Sequence record: NC_041973.1
Strand: one strand, 5' to 3'
Length of the DNA stretch: 64,000 nucleotides
In this document: positions 8,965-18,256 of the stretch, piece by piece
Layout of the letters: every line of letters begins with the position of its first letter
Position numbering within the stretch: position 1 is the stretch's first letter
The notes under the pieces: model-generated
What the model saw: the letters and a program-made list of their open reading frames with translations, nothing else
Databases searched by the model: none
Told to the model about the DNA's origin: nothing
Translations under genes and position numbers: made by a program

Positions 8965-11340
8965 ATGAATTTAAATGTGGACTATACAATTTACGTGGAT
9001 AACACCAAGAAGCTTATCCGCACAATGGTCATTAATTCGGCTCAATCAGCTAATATAATTAACGGCCGTATGGATGGCTTGGGGTACGGTCGTGACATCT
9101 ACGACAAGAGTACCTGGAAGTACTACATGAACATGGCCGGGATCTACCATCCGTCCAATGACCGGATGCAGGTGAAGTCACTCGATAACGGTCAGCTCAT
9201 CGACTTTACCCGTGAGAACATGGAGATCCATGTCAGCACCAAACGCAGCTACCAGTACGGCACCGACTATTATAAAGCCCTGGTTGCGCAGTACCCGTAT
9301 CAGATTGCGTTGATCAAAGGGATCTTAAACCCAATTGATCTCAGTGTCTCAACCACCGCCGAGGACTGGCAGATCCTCTATTACGATAAGACGCTGGTAG
9401 AAGACGGTGAAGAGAACCTGATCCCCCGTTTCCAGGAATGGGTCAACACCCTGATCACCCAGACCTATCTGCCGGACTATGTCTACATCACCGAAGATCT
9501 GATGCACCACTTCTATCTTTCCTTAATTGGTGGTTTTGGTCCTGGTGTGATCCTGGGGATTCGCTTAGAGAACATCAAGACCAACCGGGCACACAGTTTC
9601 CACATCTGGTCGCACATTCTGTCGCATGCTGATATTGAGCAGTATCGTCCGTACCTGAACCGCAAACAGATCCTCTATCTGTATCGTAACATTGTGTGGC
9701 ATACCCGCAACCCAGGTGCGCAATACTCCTTCCAGAAGATGATCGATGCCTTCTTAACGGAACGCCGCATCCCATTACAGTCGTACAACGCCCAGCACAA
9801 CACCTCGAGCATTCTGACCAAGATTAAACCCGAGGTGGAGTTCAAGCGTGAACTGCTGAACATGCAAGATGCGATCGCCAATGTGAACTATGTGCGCAGT
9901 ACCCGTGAGATCCTGGAAGATGAAGTGCCGCTGGCGAAGAACAACGCCGACGTGTACGAAGACCGGATCGGGGAAGTCATTCAGGATGTCGGGACCAACC
10001 GCAACAGTAACCTGCCGACCAAAGTGCTGGAATCCAACATGCGGGATCTGTCTGACTCGCTGCCGTTCTCACACTCCCTGACATTACTGAACGAATGGGT
10101 GCGGTTGTCCTCTACGGGCATGTATACCGCGGTGATCACCACCACCAACCCCAACACCGGGCTGACCATGACCATGACAGTAAAGGAAGCGTTTATCCTT
10201 TACCTGTACGGTGTCTGGCAAAGTCACGGGGTTAACCTGGAGACGATCCCGACCTTCCGTGCCAATATGGTAATGAAGATCCCTCGGCCGCAGTTTGCGT
10301 TCTTAAAAGCACAATACGGCTCGCAGCATGTCACCGACGAGTTCATCAAGTACGCCCTGAATCTCTGTCCGGATATCCCGGCGATCATCTCGACAGAAAC
10401 CTTCTATGCGAAGACACTTGAGATTAATGCCGCGACTCAATTGCACCGGGATCTGTACAGTTACCGTAACCATTATCATGCGCGGGCAGAATTCGAAGCC
10501 CTGGCCTTTGGTTTCTACCAGGATCAGGATTGCGACATCAACTCCGGCATGACCTATAAGGAGTTCTTCAAACAGAAGGGGTGGGACTTCACTGACTTAC
10601 CGCCGGAAGAGTGGGTGGTGTTCGCCAACAAGGTCTCCTCCATTGCCACCGGGTTGGATACGGCTAACCAGCAGAAGCTTGCGGATATTCAGCAAGCCAT
10701 GTTGGGCCTGACCATGCAACTGTCCAGTTACACCATCCAAGTGATCAGGAAGATCAATGAAGAAGCGGTGGTGATGCTCGACTGGCCAACCTTGCGTGGG
10801 GGTGACATGCACATGAAGGTCTATCAGCAGTGGCACTTGGTGGATAACCCTGTGCGACCGATTGATACCCACATGCGTGAGAAGAAGACCTACAACCTGA
10901 TCCACGACTTCCCGAAAGGCCATAACTCGGTAGAGCGCAGCTGGCGCTTCTATATCGACACCGCCCGCCAGTTAAGTAGTCAGGGAATCAACTCCCGTTA
11001 CAACTATTTAAACGGTGCACGTATGCGGCTGTGGACGGCTGACGATGCGGCTGGTACCGAGAACGAGTTTGACCAACAGATGACCGTGAAAGATCTGCAA
11101 GGTCTCTGGATTGACCCGTACGGTGATGCCCGTCCACCGGCTGACTTCAGTGCAGAAGTGTTGAACGGATTGTGGACTGATCCGTTACCCGGGATTGCAC
11201 CAATCGTCAGTAGCTTGGGTGGGTTGTGGATCGACGGTCCAAAGAGCAGTGGTTTTGATGAGGATCTCAACGGACTGCATACTGAAGTCCCTGCGGCATT
11301 ACAAGCCTTGCGCAATACCCCGCCTGATAGCACCACGTAA
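8965..11340 (+). CDS. Virion structural / baseplate protein (phiKZ gp128-like)
   Basis: TWKYYMNMAGIYH and YPYQIALIKGILNPID motifs recalled for this family; divergent from the portal; start MNLNVDY behind GGGAGA. Confidence 0.7.
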   Translation: MNLNVDYTIYVDNTKKLIRTMVINSAQSANIINGRMDGLGYGRDIYDKSTWKYYMNMAGIYHPSNDRMQVKSLDNGQLIDFTRENMEIHVSTKRSYQYGTDYYKALVAQYPYQIALIKGILNPIDLSVSTTAEDWQILYYDKTLVEDGEENLIPRFQEWVNTLITQTYLPDYVYITEDLMHHFYLSLIGGFGPGVILGIRLENIKTNRAHSFHIWSHILSHADIEQYRPYLNRKQILYLYRNIVWHTRNPGAQYSFQKMIDAFLTERRIPLQSYNAQHNTSSILTKIKPEVEFKRELLNMQDAIANVNYVRSTREILEDEVPLAKNNADVYEDRIGEVIQDVGTNRNSNLPTKVLESNMRDLSDSLPFSHSLTLLNEWVRLSSTGMYTAVITTTNPNTGLTMTMTVKEAFILYLYGVWQSHGVNLETIPTFRANMVMKIPRPQFAFLKAQYGSQHVTDEFIKYALNLCPDIPAIISTETFYAKTLEINAATQLHRDLYSYRNHYHARAEFEALAFGFYQDQDCDINSGMTYKEFFKQKGWDFTDLPPEEWVVFANKVSSIATGLDTANQQKLADIQQAMLGLTMQLSSYTIQVIRKINEEAVVMLDWPTLRGGDMHMKVYQQWHLVDNPVRPIDTHMREKKTYNLIHDFPKGHNSVERSWRFYIDTARQLSSQGINSRYNYLNGARMRLWTADDAAGTENEFDQQMTVKDLQGLWIDPYGDARPPADFSAEVLNGLWTDPLPGIAPIVSSLGGLWIDGPKSSGFDEDLNGLHTEVPAALQALRNTPPDSTT

Positions 11341-11341
11341 C

Positions 11342-11373
11342 CGGCATAATGAGGGGTCGTCACTGACCCCTCA
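11342..11373 (-). terminator. Hairpin + TTATGCCG element in antisense orientation
   Basis: cggcataa-tgaggggtc-gtcact-gacccctca on +, between two + strand genes. Confidence 0.65.
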
Positions 11374-11419
11374 AAAGTAATCCTATGTTTACACCACCTC
11401 TACGCCTAAGGAGAACCAC

Positions 11420-12295
11420 GTGCCTGCTAATCAGCCGATTCACGGTGAGGGTGACTATGTTGTAGACGTCGCATTGAGCTCTGCTGAGTTAGTGTATGGT
11501 TTGATTAACCATGACAACAACACAGACTACACCTCATTGACGTTACGGTTAGGAACCCCGACTGTAAATACCAATGCACAGCACGATCGTAATACCCGTA
11601 TCTTTGCCCAAACTCGTCCAGGCGCGCCGAAGCAGGGGTCAACGTATTTCTATTATGATCGTATTTCGCTGGCCTACTACCTGCAAAACTACCCTGACCT
11701 GGAAGTCGACATCACCGATGACATGCTCACCATGCGTGATCTGATTCCGTGGATGAACCAGACCTTTGGATTAGGGTTGGTTGCTGAAGACGTCCGGGCC
11801 GATTTAATTGACCGTAGCCCGAACGCTGAAAACCGCTTTGCGATGTCAGCTGCCTCGCTGGCCTGGCAGGATTCGATCGTCTTAAAGATCAACATCCCAC
11901 CGGTGGATATTGCCACCTTGACCGGTGACTCGGTCTTTGATGCCATCGAAGTGGTGTCAGAACACCCACACACTTACGGCCAGTTGTACGGCTACCAGGT
12001 TGACACCTCTGGTATGGCAGCGTTACTGACCGGCCTGCCAATTGGTAAGCTGAGTAATCTCAATGGTGAGAACCTCACGCAAGCATTGTCCACTGCTACT
12101 TCTGACTATTGGGCTTTCGATGCAACTCCAGTTGTCCGTAACCTCTATGGTGCTACTGTGCGCTTTAATGGTCGCAGTACTGACCAGGCCTTGTACCCCA
12201 CTAAACCAGACAACGCGTACATGGTAATCGTGGATATTGTTGAGAGCGAATGCCTGGAGTTCGAAGGCCCGTTGGTTCTCTACTACACCCGTTAA
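11420..12295 (+). CDS. Virion structural protein (paralog family with 12311 and 14041)
   Basis: GTG start with RBS AAGGAGA; shared motifs YDRISL, FGLGL and W..NLYGA.V.FNG. Confidence 0.7.
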   Translation: MPANQPIHGEGDYVVDVALSSAELVYGLINHDNNTDYTSLTLRLGTPTVNTNAQHDRNTRIFAQTRPGAPKQGSTYFYYDRISLAYYLQNYPDLEVDITDDMLTMRDLIPWMNQTFGLGLVAEDVRADLIDRSPNAENRFAMSAASLAWQDSIVLKINIPPVDIATLTGDSVFDAIEVVSEHPHTYGQLYGYQVDTSGMAALLTGLPIGKLSNLNGENLTQALSTATSDYWAFDATPVVRNLYGATVRFNGRSTDQALYPTKPDNAYMVIVDIVESECLEFEGPLVLYYTR

Positions 12296-12310
12296 CCGAG
12301 GAATCGCATT

Positions 12311-13129
12311 ATGTTACAACGCATTCTGCAAAAGACGGCTAACGAGATTATCGTTGAACCGTTTAACCTGGCTTTTAACACCAACTTAAAAGCTGCCAAT
12401 TTTGAGCTGAAGGATGTCGGCCCTGCAACCGGTGGAAAAGATACCCAAGCCACCTTGTCGGTGATCGACACCACCTCCGGGTATAAAGGTGAGCGTCCGT
12501 TCACCTATGACCGTCTGGATGCCACAGAACTCTTTTACGGTGTGCCGAAGTTCTTCCCAATGGGTTCGGCTGACATTGATGAATACTCTGTCGTTGGGAT
12601 GCTGGCCTTACGTTATGGTCTGAAGCTTGACATCAACCATATCGCTAACGTCGCCATCACTGCCGGTAAAGCCGTGGTGACTTTCGCAGATTCATCCCCG
12701 ATCATCAAAGGCAGTGTGCAGTTTGACTTCTACGATGAAGCCATCGACTTGGAAGAACTGATTGCTGATCCAGAAATCGGTGTGCTGGAGATGCCAGAGC
12801 GTACTGAGAAGCCGAACGTGACGTATTACAGTTACGCGCACGACATGACGTACTGCAAAGCGTTTGTTCCGGGTATGGCGGTGGGTTCACTGGCAACACA
12901 GGAACTGGCCGATGCAGTAGCGAGCATCACCGGTGATCCGTGGGTGCTGGCAGACGGTACGACCACTGAATACAACCTGGCCGGTGCTGAGCTCGTCTAC
13001 AACGGCAACACCACCACTGCGAATGCCCAGGGCTATCCCGTCAATGACGAATACGCCATGGTGGCTTTGTTTAAATTAACAGATTCATGTAATAATTTTA
13101 GTGGTCTGCTAATGGTTAACATGAACTAA
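12311..13129 (+). CDS. Virion structural protein (paralog family)
   Basis: YDRLDA, RYGLKL and W..YNLAGAELVYNG motifs shared with neighbours. Confidence 0.7.
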   Translation: MLQRILQKTANEIIVEPFNLAFNTNLKAANFELKDVGPATGGKDTQATLSVIDTTSGYKGERPFTYDRLDATELFYGVPKFFPMGSADIDEYSVVGMLALRYGLKLDINHIANVAITAGKAVVTFADSSPIIKGSVQFDFYDEAIDLEELIADPEIGVLEMPERTEKPNVTYYSYAHDMTYCKAFVPGMAVGSLATQELADAVASITGDPWVLADGTTTEYNLAGAELVYNGNTTTANAQGYPVNDEYAMVALFKLTDSCNNFSGLLMVNMN

Positions 13130-13149
13130 TCTGTTGAAAAGGAACAATA

Positions 13150-14025
13150 ATGAAACGTAATGTCAGATCGCATGCAGGGAACATGTTGCAGGTCGCCCAG
13201 ATGTTGGGGATTGCACATGTGGTTCAGGAGCACACCACGCTGAATGAAAAGTTCAATGTGCTGCCTGATCAGATCCCGCAGACCGGTCGCCCTAACATGC
13301 AGTACTTCTGCATTGGCTTTGGCGGACACAAAGGTATTCTCGGTAAGAACAATACCTTCCTGTCCACATCGATCGACCACTACCCGGATCATGCGGCGCT
13401 CTATAAACACATCCCGTTTGTGTTGCGTGAGATCGGTAATGACCTCACTGCAGATCAGCGCGCGAAGTATCGTCTGCGCAGCATCATCACGCTGGATGAC
13501 GGCAGTCGCTATATCGCCTACTACCTAAAGAAGATCGAACTCAGTAATGTGGTGGTGCGTTCTCAAAAGAACACACGCGATGAAGCCGGTTTAATCGCCA
13601 CCTCTGACTACGTGCCGGATGCCTCGGTACTGAACCCACAACAACCTGAACTCAACACCAACAACATCGACCAGGTAGTCACCTCCACGACCTTCTTGTC
13701 AGCCAACGCTGAACTGGATCTGTCGCTGAATGAGCTTGACTGTTCAGAGCTGCTCGATGTCGCCCGCATCCTTTATAAAGATGAAGCGTATGCCCTGGTG
13801 TCGGAGTACGGTTTGGTGGCGGGTATCGATGTCCCTGCCCAGGGTTCAACCGGTGCTGGCGGAACCATTCAGTATACTGAAGTGGTGGCGGCACAGATCG
13901 TGGACTTCATGACCAACCGTGGCTCAGGTGCGGATGATGACGATAAAGGCATCACCTGTCTGGTCAACTACGGTGCTACTGAGCCGCTGTTAGCTGACAG
14001 TGGTGCAAACGCAACAACCGTCTAA
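13150..14025 (+). CDS. Conserved virion (tail/baseplate) protein of phiKZ-like phages
   Basis: YFCIGFGGH, HIPFVLR..NDL...R..YRLR and YIAYYLK motifs; structural gene context. Confidence 0.65.
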   Translation: MKRNVRSHAGNMLQVAQMLGIAHVVQEHTTLNEKFNVLPDQIPQTGRPNMQYFCIGFGGHKGILGKNNTFLSTSIDHYPDHAALYKHIPFVLREIGNDLTADQRAKYRLRSIITLDDGSRYIAYYLKKIELSNVVVRSQKNTRDEAGLIATSDYVPDASVLNPQQPELNTNNIDQVVTSTTFLSANAELDLSLNELDCSELLDVARILYKDEAYALVSEYGLVAGIDVPAQGSTGAGGTIQYTEVVAAQIVDFMTNRGSGADDDDKGITCLVNYGATEPLLADSGANATTV

Positions 14026-14040
14026 TGACACGGGGGTGAC

Positions 14041-14910
14041 ATGAACATTCTGGGTAAAGATCCACAACAGTTGATCAAAGAACTCGCTGCCGGTCACAAC
14101 AATGTCACGTTGGTGCCAGGGGCGACGAAAGTGGTTAACTTTCAAAACCTGGCTGGTACGGTTGGTATTGACGCACAGGCGGATATTGTCCCGGCTGACC
14201 CGACCGTCTATTACCGTAAGAAGACCATCCAGTTTGGCAAGATCGATCTGTCCAAGCATTGGCTGAATCAGCGTCTGACGATCCCACTGCAGGCGAACTC
14301 AACCAGCCACAGCATCTTACCACAGCTGATCAAACGTTATGGTCTGAAACTGTCCACCGACGATCTGGTGTTGACCACGGTAAATACCAGTAAAGATATC
14401 TGGGAATTACCGATTCGGGTGAAAGCCACCTCGTGGGTCTTTAAGAACACGCTGGACAACATTATCGTCTACGCCACCGATGTCAGCACTGATCTGCAGT
14501 ATGTGATCAAACGCCCATCGTTGACTGGGCTGGCGTATCCTTCTGCCGATACCACCAAGATGCAAGGCCCGCTGTTAAGCTACGGTATGCATTACAGTGT
14601 GTATACCGGACAGAACGAAGCTCTCCGCAATGCGAAGGTCGGTTACAAGATGATTGTGGCCTCTGACGATGACTGGGCGATTGCGGATCTGCTGTCGGAC
14701 TATACGGGTCTGGCATGGTCGTTTAAACAGACTGGACCAAGCCTGTACAATGCCGAAGTGATGTATAATGGTGTTGCAACGAATGTACCGAGCACCTATT
14801 CCCATCTTGATCGCAATAGCGCCACGAACTTCTTAATTCTGAAGCTCAGTGGTGTTGGTGATGTGGGCGGGTATGTTGCTATTGGTTATACGATCGAAGT
14901 TGATCCGTAG
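14041..14910 (+). CDS. Virion structural protein (paralog family)
   Basis: RYGLKLSTDDL and W..SLYNAEVMYNG motifs shared with 11420 and 12311. Confidence 0.65.
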   Translation: MNILGKDPQQLIKELAAGHNNVTLVPGATKVVNFQNLAGTVGIDAQADIVPADPTVYYRKKTIQFGKIDLSKHWLNQRLTIPLQANSTSHSILPQLIKRYGLKLSTDDLVLTTVNTSKDIWELPIRVKATSWVFKNTLDNIIVYATDVSTDLQYVIKRPSLTGLAYPSADTTKMQGPLLSYGMHYSVYTGQNEALRNAKVGYKMIVASDDDWAIADLLSDYTGLAWSFKQTGPSLYNAEVMYNGVATNVPSTYSHLDRNSATNFLILKLSGVGDVGGYVAIGYTIEVDP

Positions 14911-14959
14911 CAGTGTATAAATGAAGGGTGGGGCTTCGGCTCTGCCCTTAGGGAGTCTT

Positions 14960-15565
14960 ATGATGGTGTTGCAAGATGGACGCCCGGTGGAAGAGTTACT
15001 GCAGGTCTCCATTGACCCCGGAACTGATACCGTCGGTGTTACGTTATTGGGATTGCATCCGATCACCCTTGAGATGACCTGGAAGGAATCCTTTACGTTG
15101 TATGGATCATTGCTTAATTACCGCTCAGAGCTCGTGTTCCAGGAAGACCGGAATCGTGATGCACGTTTAAAGGGCCTCACTGATGCCCTGTTGCGTTATC
15201 TCTGTACGGTGCGGCCTCACGTAGTGGTGTTTGAAGATAACTTCTTACGTCACTCCCCACAGGCCTTTAAAGCACTGATCGAATCGGTGGAAGCCATTAA
15301 GCGCGCAGTCTGGGGATATAACCCATACTTACCGTTCTATGAGATCTCTCCGATGCAGGCGAAAGGTGCCGTGAATGCGATTGCTCCTCGCGGACAAAAA
15401 CATGATAAGGAGCTAGTGCGTAAGGGACTGATGAACTATCCACGTTTACAAATCCCTCATGCTATTTTGCAGACACTCTCTGAGCACGCAGTTGACTCCG
15501 TCGCCATCGGCATCTACGGCCTGGAACAATTGTCGCTCGCATTGAGTGCTGCTCATTGGAGATAA
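14960..15565 (+). CDS. ruvC: RuvC-like Holliday junction resolvase
   Basis: SIDPGTDTVG, VVFEDNF, SPMQAKGAV...KELV and EHAVDSVAIG match the RuvC catalytic motif layout. Confidence 0.88.
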   Translation: MMVLQDGRPVEELLQVSIDPGTDTVGVTLLGLHPITLEMTWKESFTLYGSLLNYRSELVFQEDRNRDARLKGLTDALLRYLCTVRPHVVVFEDNFLRHSPQAFKALIESVEAIKRAVWGYNPYLPFYEISPMQAKGAVNAIAPRGQKHDKELVRKGLMNYPRLQIPHAILQTLSEHAVDSVAIGIYGLEQLSLALSAAHWR

Positions 15566-15566
15566 A

Positions 15567-16076
15567 ATGACTACGCAGGCTACTGAAGAAGAGAAGGTGG
15601 AAGTGCCGGCATCGAGTCTGGTTGAACCAGTGATCGAGTCGGTACACCCGCCGGTTGTCCGGGCAATGAACTTTGCCGGGGTATTGGCTGTCCTCACCAC
15701 CTGTTTGTGTGCCATTGCTTTCTTTGCCAACATGTCAATCCATGTCTGGCGAAACGGGTCATGGCCGCCGAACGTGGGGGCGGTGATCGTGGCAGTGGTG
15801 TTGATCGGTCCTGTCTTAACCGCCTGGCAGTTCATGGGTGTGCGCAAAATCCTAACCTCATTACTTTCAAACGAGAATGGCCTGGGGTTAGGCGGAATTG
15901 CGAAAGAGGTCGTGGCACGGCGTATGGGGTTTCAATACCAGCCGACCCAGCCAATGACCAGCCAGCAGGTGCAGCAAAACTACCCGTCACATCAACCGCC
16001 GGTGGAATACCCCACGCCACCCGAGGGTTATGCACAGAACGTCCCGCCCGTACCACCCGGTGAGAATGCACGATGA
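15567..16076 (+). CDS. Two-TM membrane protein, possible holin
   Basis: Two hydrophobic segments and a P/Q-rich tail; converges on the spanin pair. Holin role is inferred from context only. Confidence 0.4.
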   Translation: MTTQATEEEKVEVPASSLVEPVIESVHPPVVRAMNFAGVLAVLTTCLCAIAFFANMSIHVWRNGSWPPNVGAVIVAVVLIGPVLTAWQFMGVRKILTSLLSNENGLGLGGIAKEVVARRMGFQYQPTQPMTSQQVQQNYPSHQPPVEYPTPPEGYAQNVPPVPPGENAR

Positions 16077-16098
16077 ATAGCACCGAACTGATTTAATC

Positions 16099-16150
16099 AG
16101 CATAAAGACAGAGAGCTTCCTTGCGGAGGCCCTCTGTCTTGTTTATGCCG
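16099..16150. terminator. Bidirectional hairpin with TTATGC on both strands
   Basis: agcataa..aagacagag...ctctgtctt-gt-ttatgccg between convergent genes. Confidence 0.8.
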
Positions 16151-16157
16151 GTTAAGG

Positions 16158-16661
16158 TTATTTCGTCGATCCGGTAGGGGGATTGACTTTCAGGTTGTTC
16201 AACTGTTTTATTGCAGTGAGCAGACCGGTGGTGTACTCCTGGAGTTTGGTCAGACGACGAGCAGTGTCATCCGCTTCTGCCCCAATATTGATTAAGAACT
16301 GACTGTCTTCAGGTGGAAAGTACAGGTACTCATCATCTTCGAGCACACTGGTGACTTTATAGTTTACATCAGGCAAAGGTGCAATCGCTGCCGTTGAGGT
16401 AGCTGGAGCGCCCGCTGGAACACCTACAGTTGCAGGCACGTCAGCATCACTCGTACTACCAAAGCGGTCAATGATTCGCTTTTGCACCGTCGGAGCCGCG
16501 GGTCGCATCAGGGGAGCTGGCGGCTCCTGGACTTGCAATACCGTTTGCTCCAGCAACGTTCCGGTAAGGGATGGTGACAGGGGCGCTTGGTTTCTTGATC
16601 CGCAACCGGAAAGAACCATCACTAACAGCCCCAAGCAAGTTCCCAGTAGTAGCTTGCGCAT
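16158..16661 (-). CDS. Outer-membrane spanin (Rz1-like lipoprotein)
   Basis: MRKLLLGTCLGLLVMVLSG-C lipobox, proline-rich mature part, overlaps the 3' part of the i-spanin in another frame. Confidence 0.8.
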   Translation of the reverse strand: MRKLLLGTCLGLLVMVLSGCGSRNQAPLSPSLTGTLLEQTVLQVQEPPAPLMRPAAPTVQKRIIDRFGSTSDADVPATVGVPAGAPATSTAAIAPLPDVNYKVTSVLEDDEYLYFPPEDSQFLINIGAEADDTARRLTKLQEYTTGLLTAIKQLNNLKVNPPTGSTK

Positions 16662-16932
16662 CCTGTGACTCCTTATCATATTCAGAACTGATTCGTTGAG
16701 TCAGCGCCATCTGTTGTTGCTGGATGTCTCTCGTCTGCTCCCCGAGGACCTTTAGTTGATTAACAGATTCGCCTATCGATTCAATCTGTTTCGACATTTG
16801 TTTCTGTTGTTCACCAAGCGTGGCAACCGACGTCGCTGTTGACCACAGAAAATAGACAACGAAGCCTACCACTGCGATGACAAGTACGACTTTGAAGTTT
16901 TTAAGAAATAGTTCTTTCAGCAGAATCCACAT
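16468..16932 (-). CDS. Inner-membrane spanin (Rz-like)
   Basis: N-terminal TM, coiled coil and C-terminal DGSFRLRI motif typical of Rz proteins. Confidence 0.8.
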   Translation of the reverse strand: MWILLKELFLKNFKVVLVIAVVGFVVYFLWSTATSVATLGEQQKQMSKQIESIGESVNQLKVLGEQTRDIQQQQMALTQRISSEYDKESQDAQATTGNLLGAVSDGSFRLRIKKPSAPVTIPYRNVAGANGIASPGAASSPDATRGSDGAKANH

Positions 16933-16941
16933 AAGTCGACC

Positions 16942-18171
16942 TTAATAGGTAGAGATCTTCAACCACCAGGCTTTGGCAAAGACCCAGGGTTTGGGCATCA
17001 GCCCATAGTCTGTGACAATGTCCTCGTTACGGTACTGGATGGTTGTGTTAAGGGCGAATCGCCGACGATGGTGTAAGGTAAGTAACCGAGAGCGTCCCTC
17101 GCCCGGGCGTAGCAAAGGCTCCGCCATCACCCCGTTGTTCAGCTGAATGGGGATACGAGTGTTATCGGGCACGGTGAACATACCAGGCCATTTATGTGTC
17201 TCCAGGGGAATCTGCTCCACTTCTAAGAGCGGATTGTCAAACACCACCCAAAAACTGGTAGATAAGAGCAGCCAGGCTTTATAGAAGTCATCCTTCTGGT
17301 AATCACCCTTGCTCATGATCCGAGGCGAGTCAGGATTGATATTGGCCGGAATGCTAGATAGGTCTATGAATTCGCGGTCATAGAAATAGCGATCAACCCA
17401 GTCAATATACACCGTTGACAAACTGACCAGGCCTTCTCCGAGGATAGAGATGACTTCATCCTGCCAATAGAAGATCCCACCGATCACAATCCCGACGGAT
17501 TTACCCTGGGTGCTAAACGGCGGCGACATCAAGATCTTCTGCCGATAGGGGTTCAGTTCATCTGAAGGCTGGAGCTGGTCCGCGGTGATGGAGTAACACT
17601 TCAGGGTGCTGACATTATGAAAGCTCAATACGCCTGATTTCACATCGTTGCTGACTTTGGCATTTTTACACGCATCTAACAGATAGATGCCGTCATCGGA
17701 TAGCGAGCTGCGGTGCAGGTAGCCGTTCACGGTAAACAATGCACAGTTAAATAATGTCGGGTAGTCCACTCCTTCTTTCATTAAGATGACATCATTAGCG
17801 TCCGCATAGCTAAAGTCACGTTTCAGGGATGAGGTGATGTTGGTCGGCTTTTGGGTAAACCACCATTCATTGAGATTGTTAAATAGCGCAGACTTCTTGG
17901 TGAGATTAGGTAGCGTCGTTGAGGTGGTCAACGCCCGGTTACCGAGCGAGGCTAACCACTGCACCAACGTACCGTTGAAAGCACTCACTTCATTATAATA
18001 ATCCTGCAGAACCAGACAGACGTTCTTCTTTAGAAAGGGTGACGATAATATGACCCGGTTTTCAGAATAGGTCTGCAACACCGTTTTGAGCTGCATGGAT
18101 GAAATATCGTCAGCAACTAACTTCGGGCGCTTGCCCACGGTTTTGGAAATACAGGCAACGTAGTTATACAT
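16942..18171 (-). CDS. Probable virion structural protein
   Basis: 409 aa ORF in the structural module, divergent from the fibre cluster. Confidence 0.55.
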   Translation of the reverse strand: MYNYVACISKTVGKRPKLVADDISSMQLKTVLQTYSENRVILSSPFLKKNVCLVLQDYYNEVSAFNGTLVQWLASLGNRALTTSTTLPNLTKKSALFNNLNEWWFTQKPTNITSSLKRDFSYADANDVILMKEGVDYPTLFNCALFTVNGYLHRSSLSDDGIYLLDACKNAKVSNDVKSGVLSFHNVSTLKCYSITADQLQPSDELNPYRQKILMSPPFSTQGKSVGIVIGGIFYWQDEVISILGEGLVSLSTVYIDWVDRYFYDREFIDLSSIPANINPDSPRIMSKGDYQKDDFYKAWLLLSTSFWVVFDNPLLEVEQIPLETHKWPGMFTVPDNTRIPIQLNNGVMAEPLLRPGEGRSRLLTLHHRRRFALNTTIQYRNEDIVTDYGLMPKPWVFAKAWWLKISTY

Positions 18172-18200
18172 GCGCTCCGCCCTTAGTTTGAAAAATCAAT

Positions 18201-18206
18201 CATATG
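18201..18206. promoter_or_regulatory. Palindromic CATATG giving the phiKZ late-promoter TATG on both strands
   Basis: Sits in the 85 bp gap between divergent structural genes. Confidence 0.35.
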
Positions 18207-18256
18207 TGCTCGTTACTTAAACATACCTAAGCTATAAAATTACTTTGGAGACCGAC

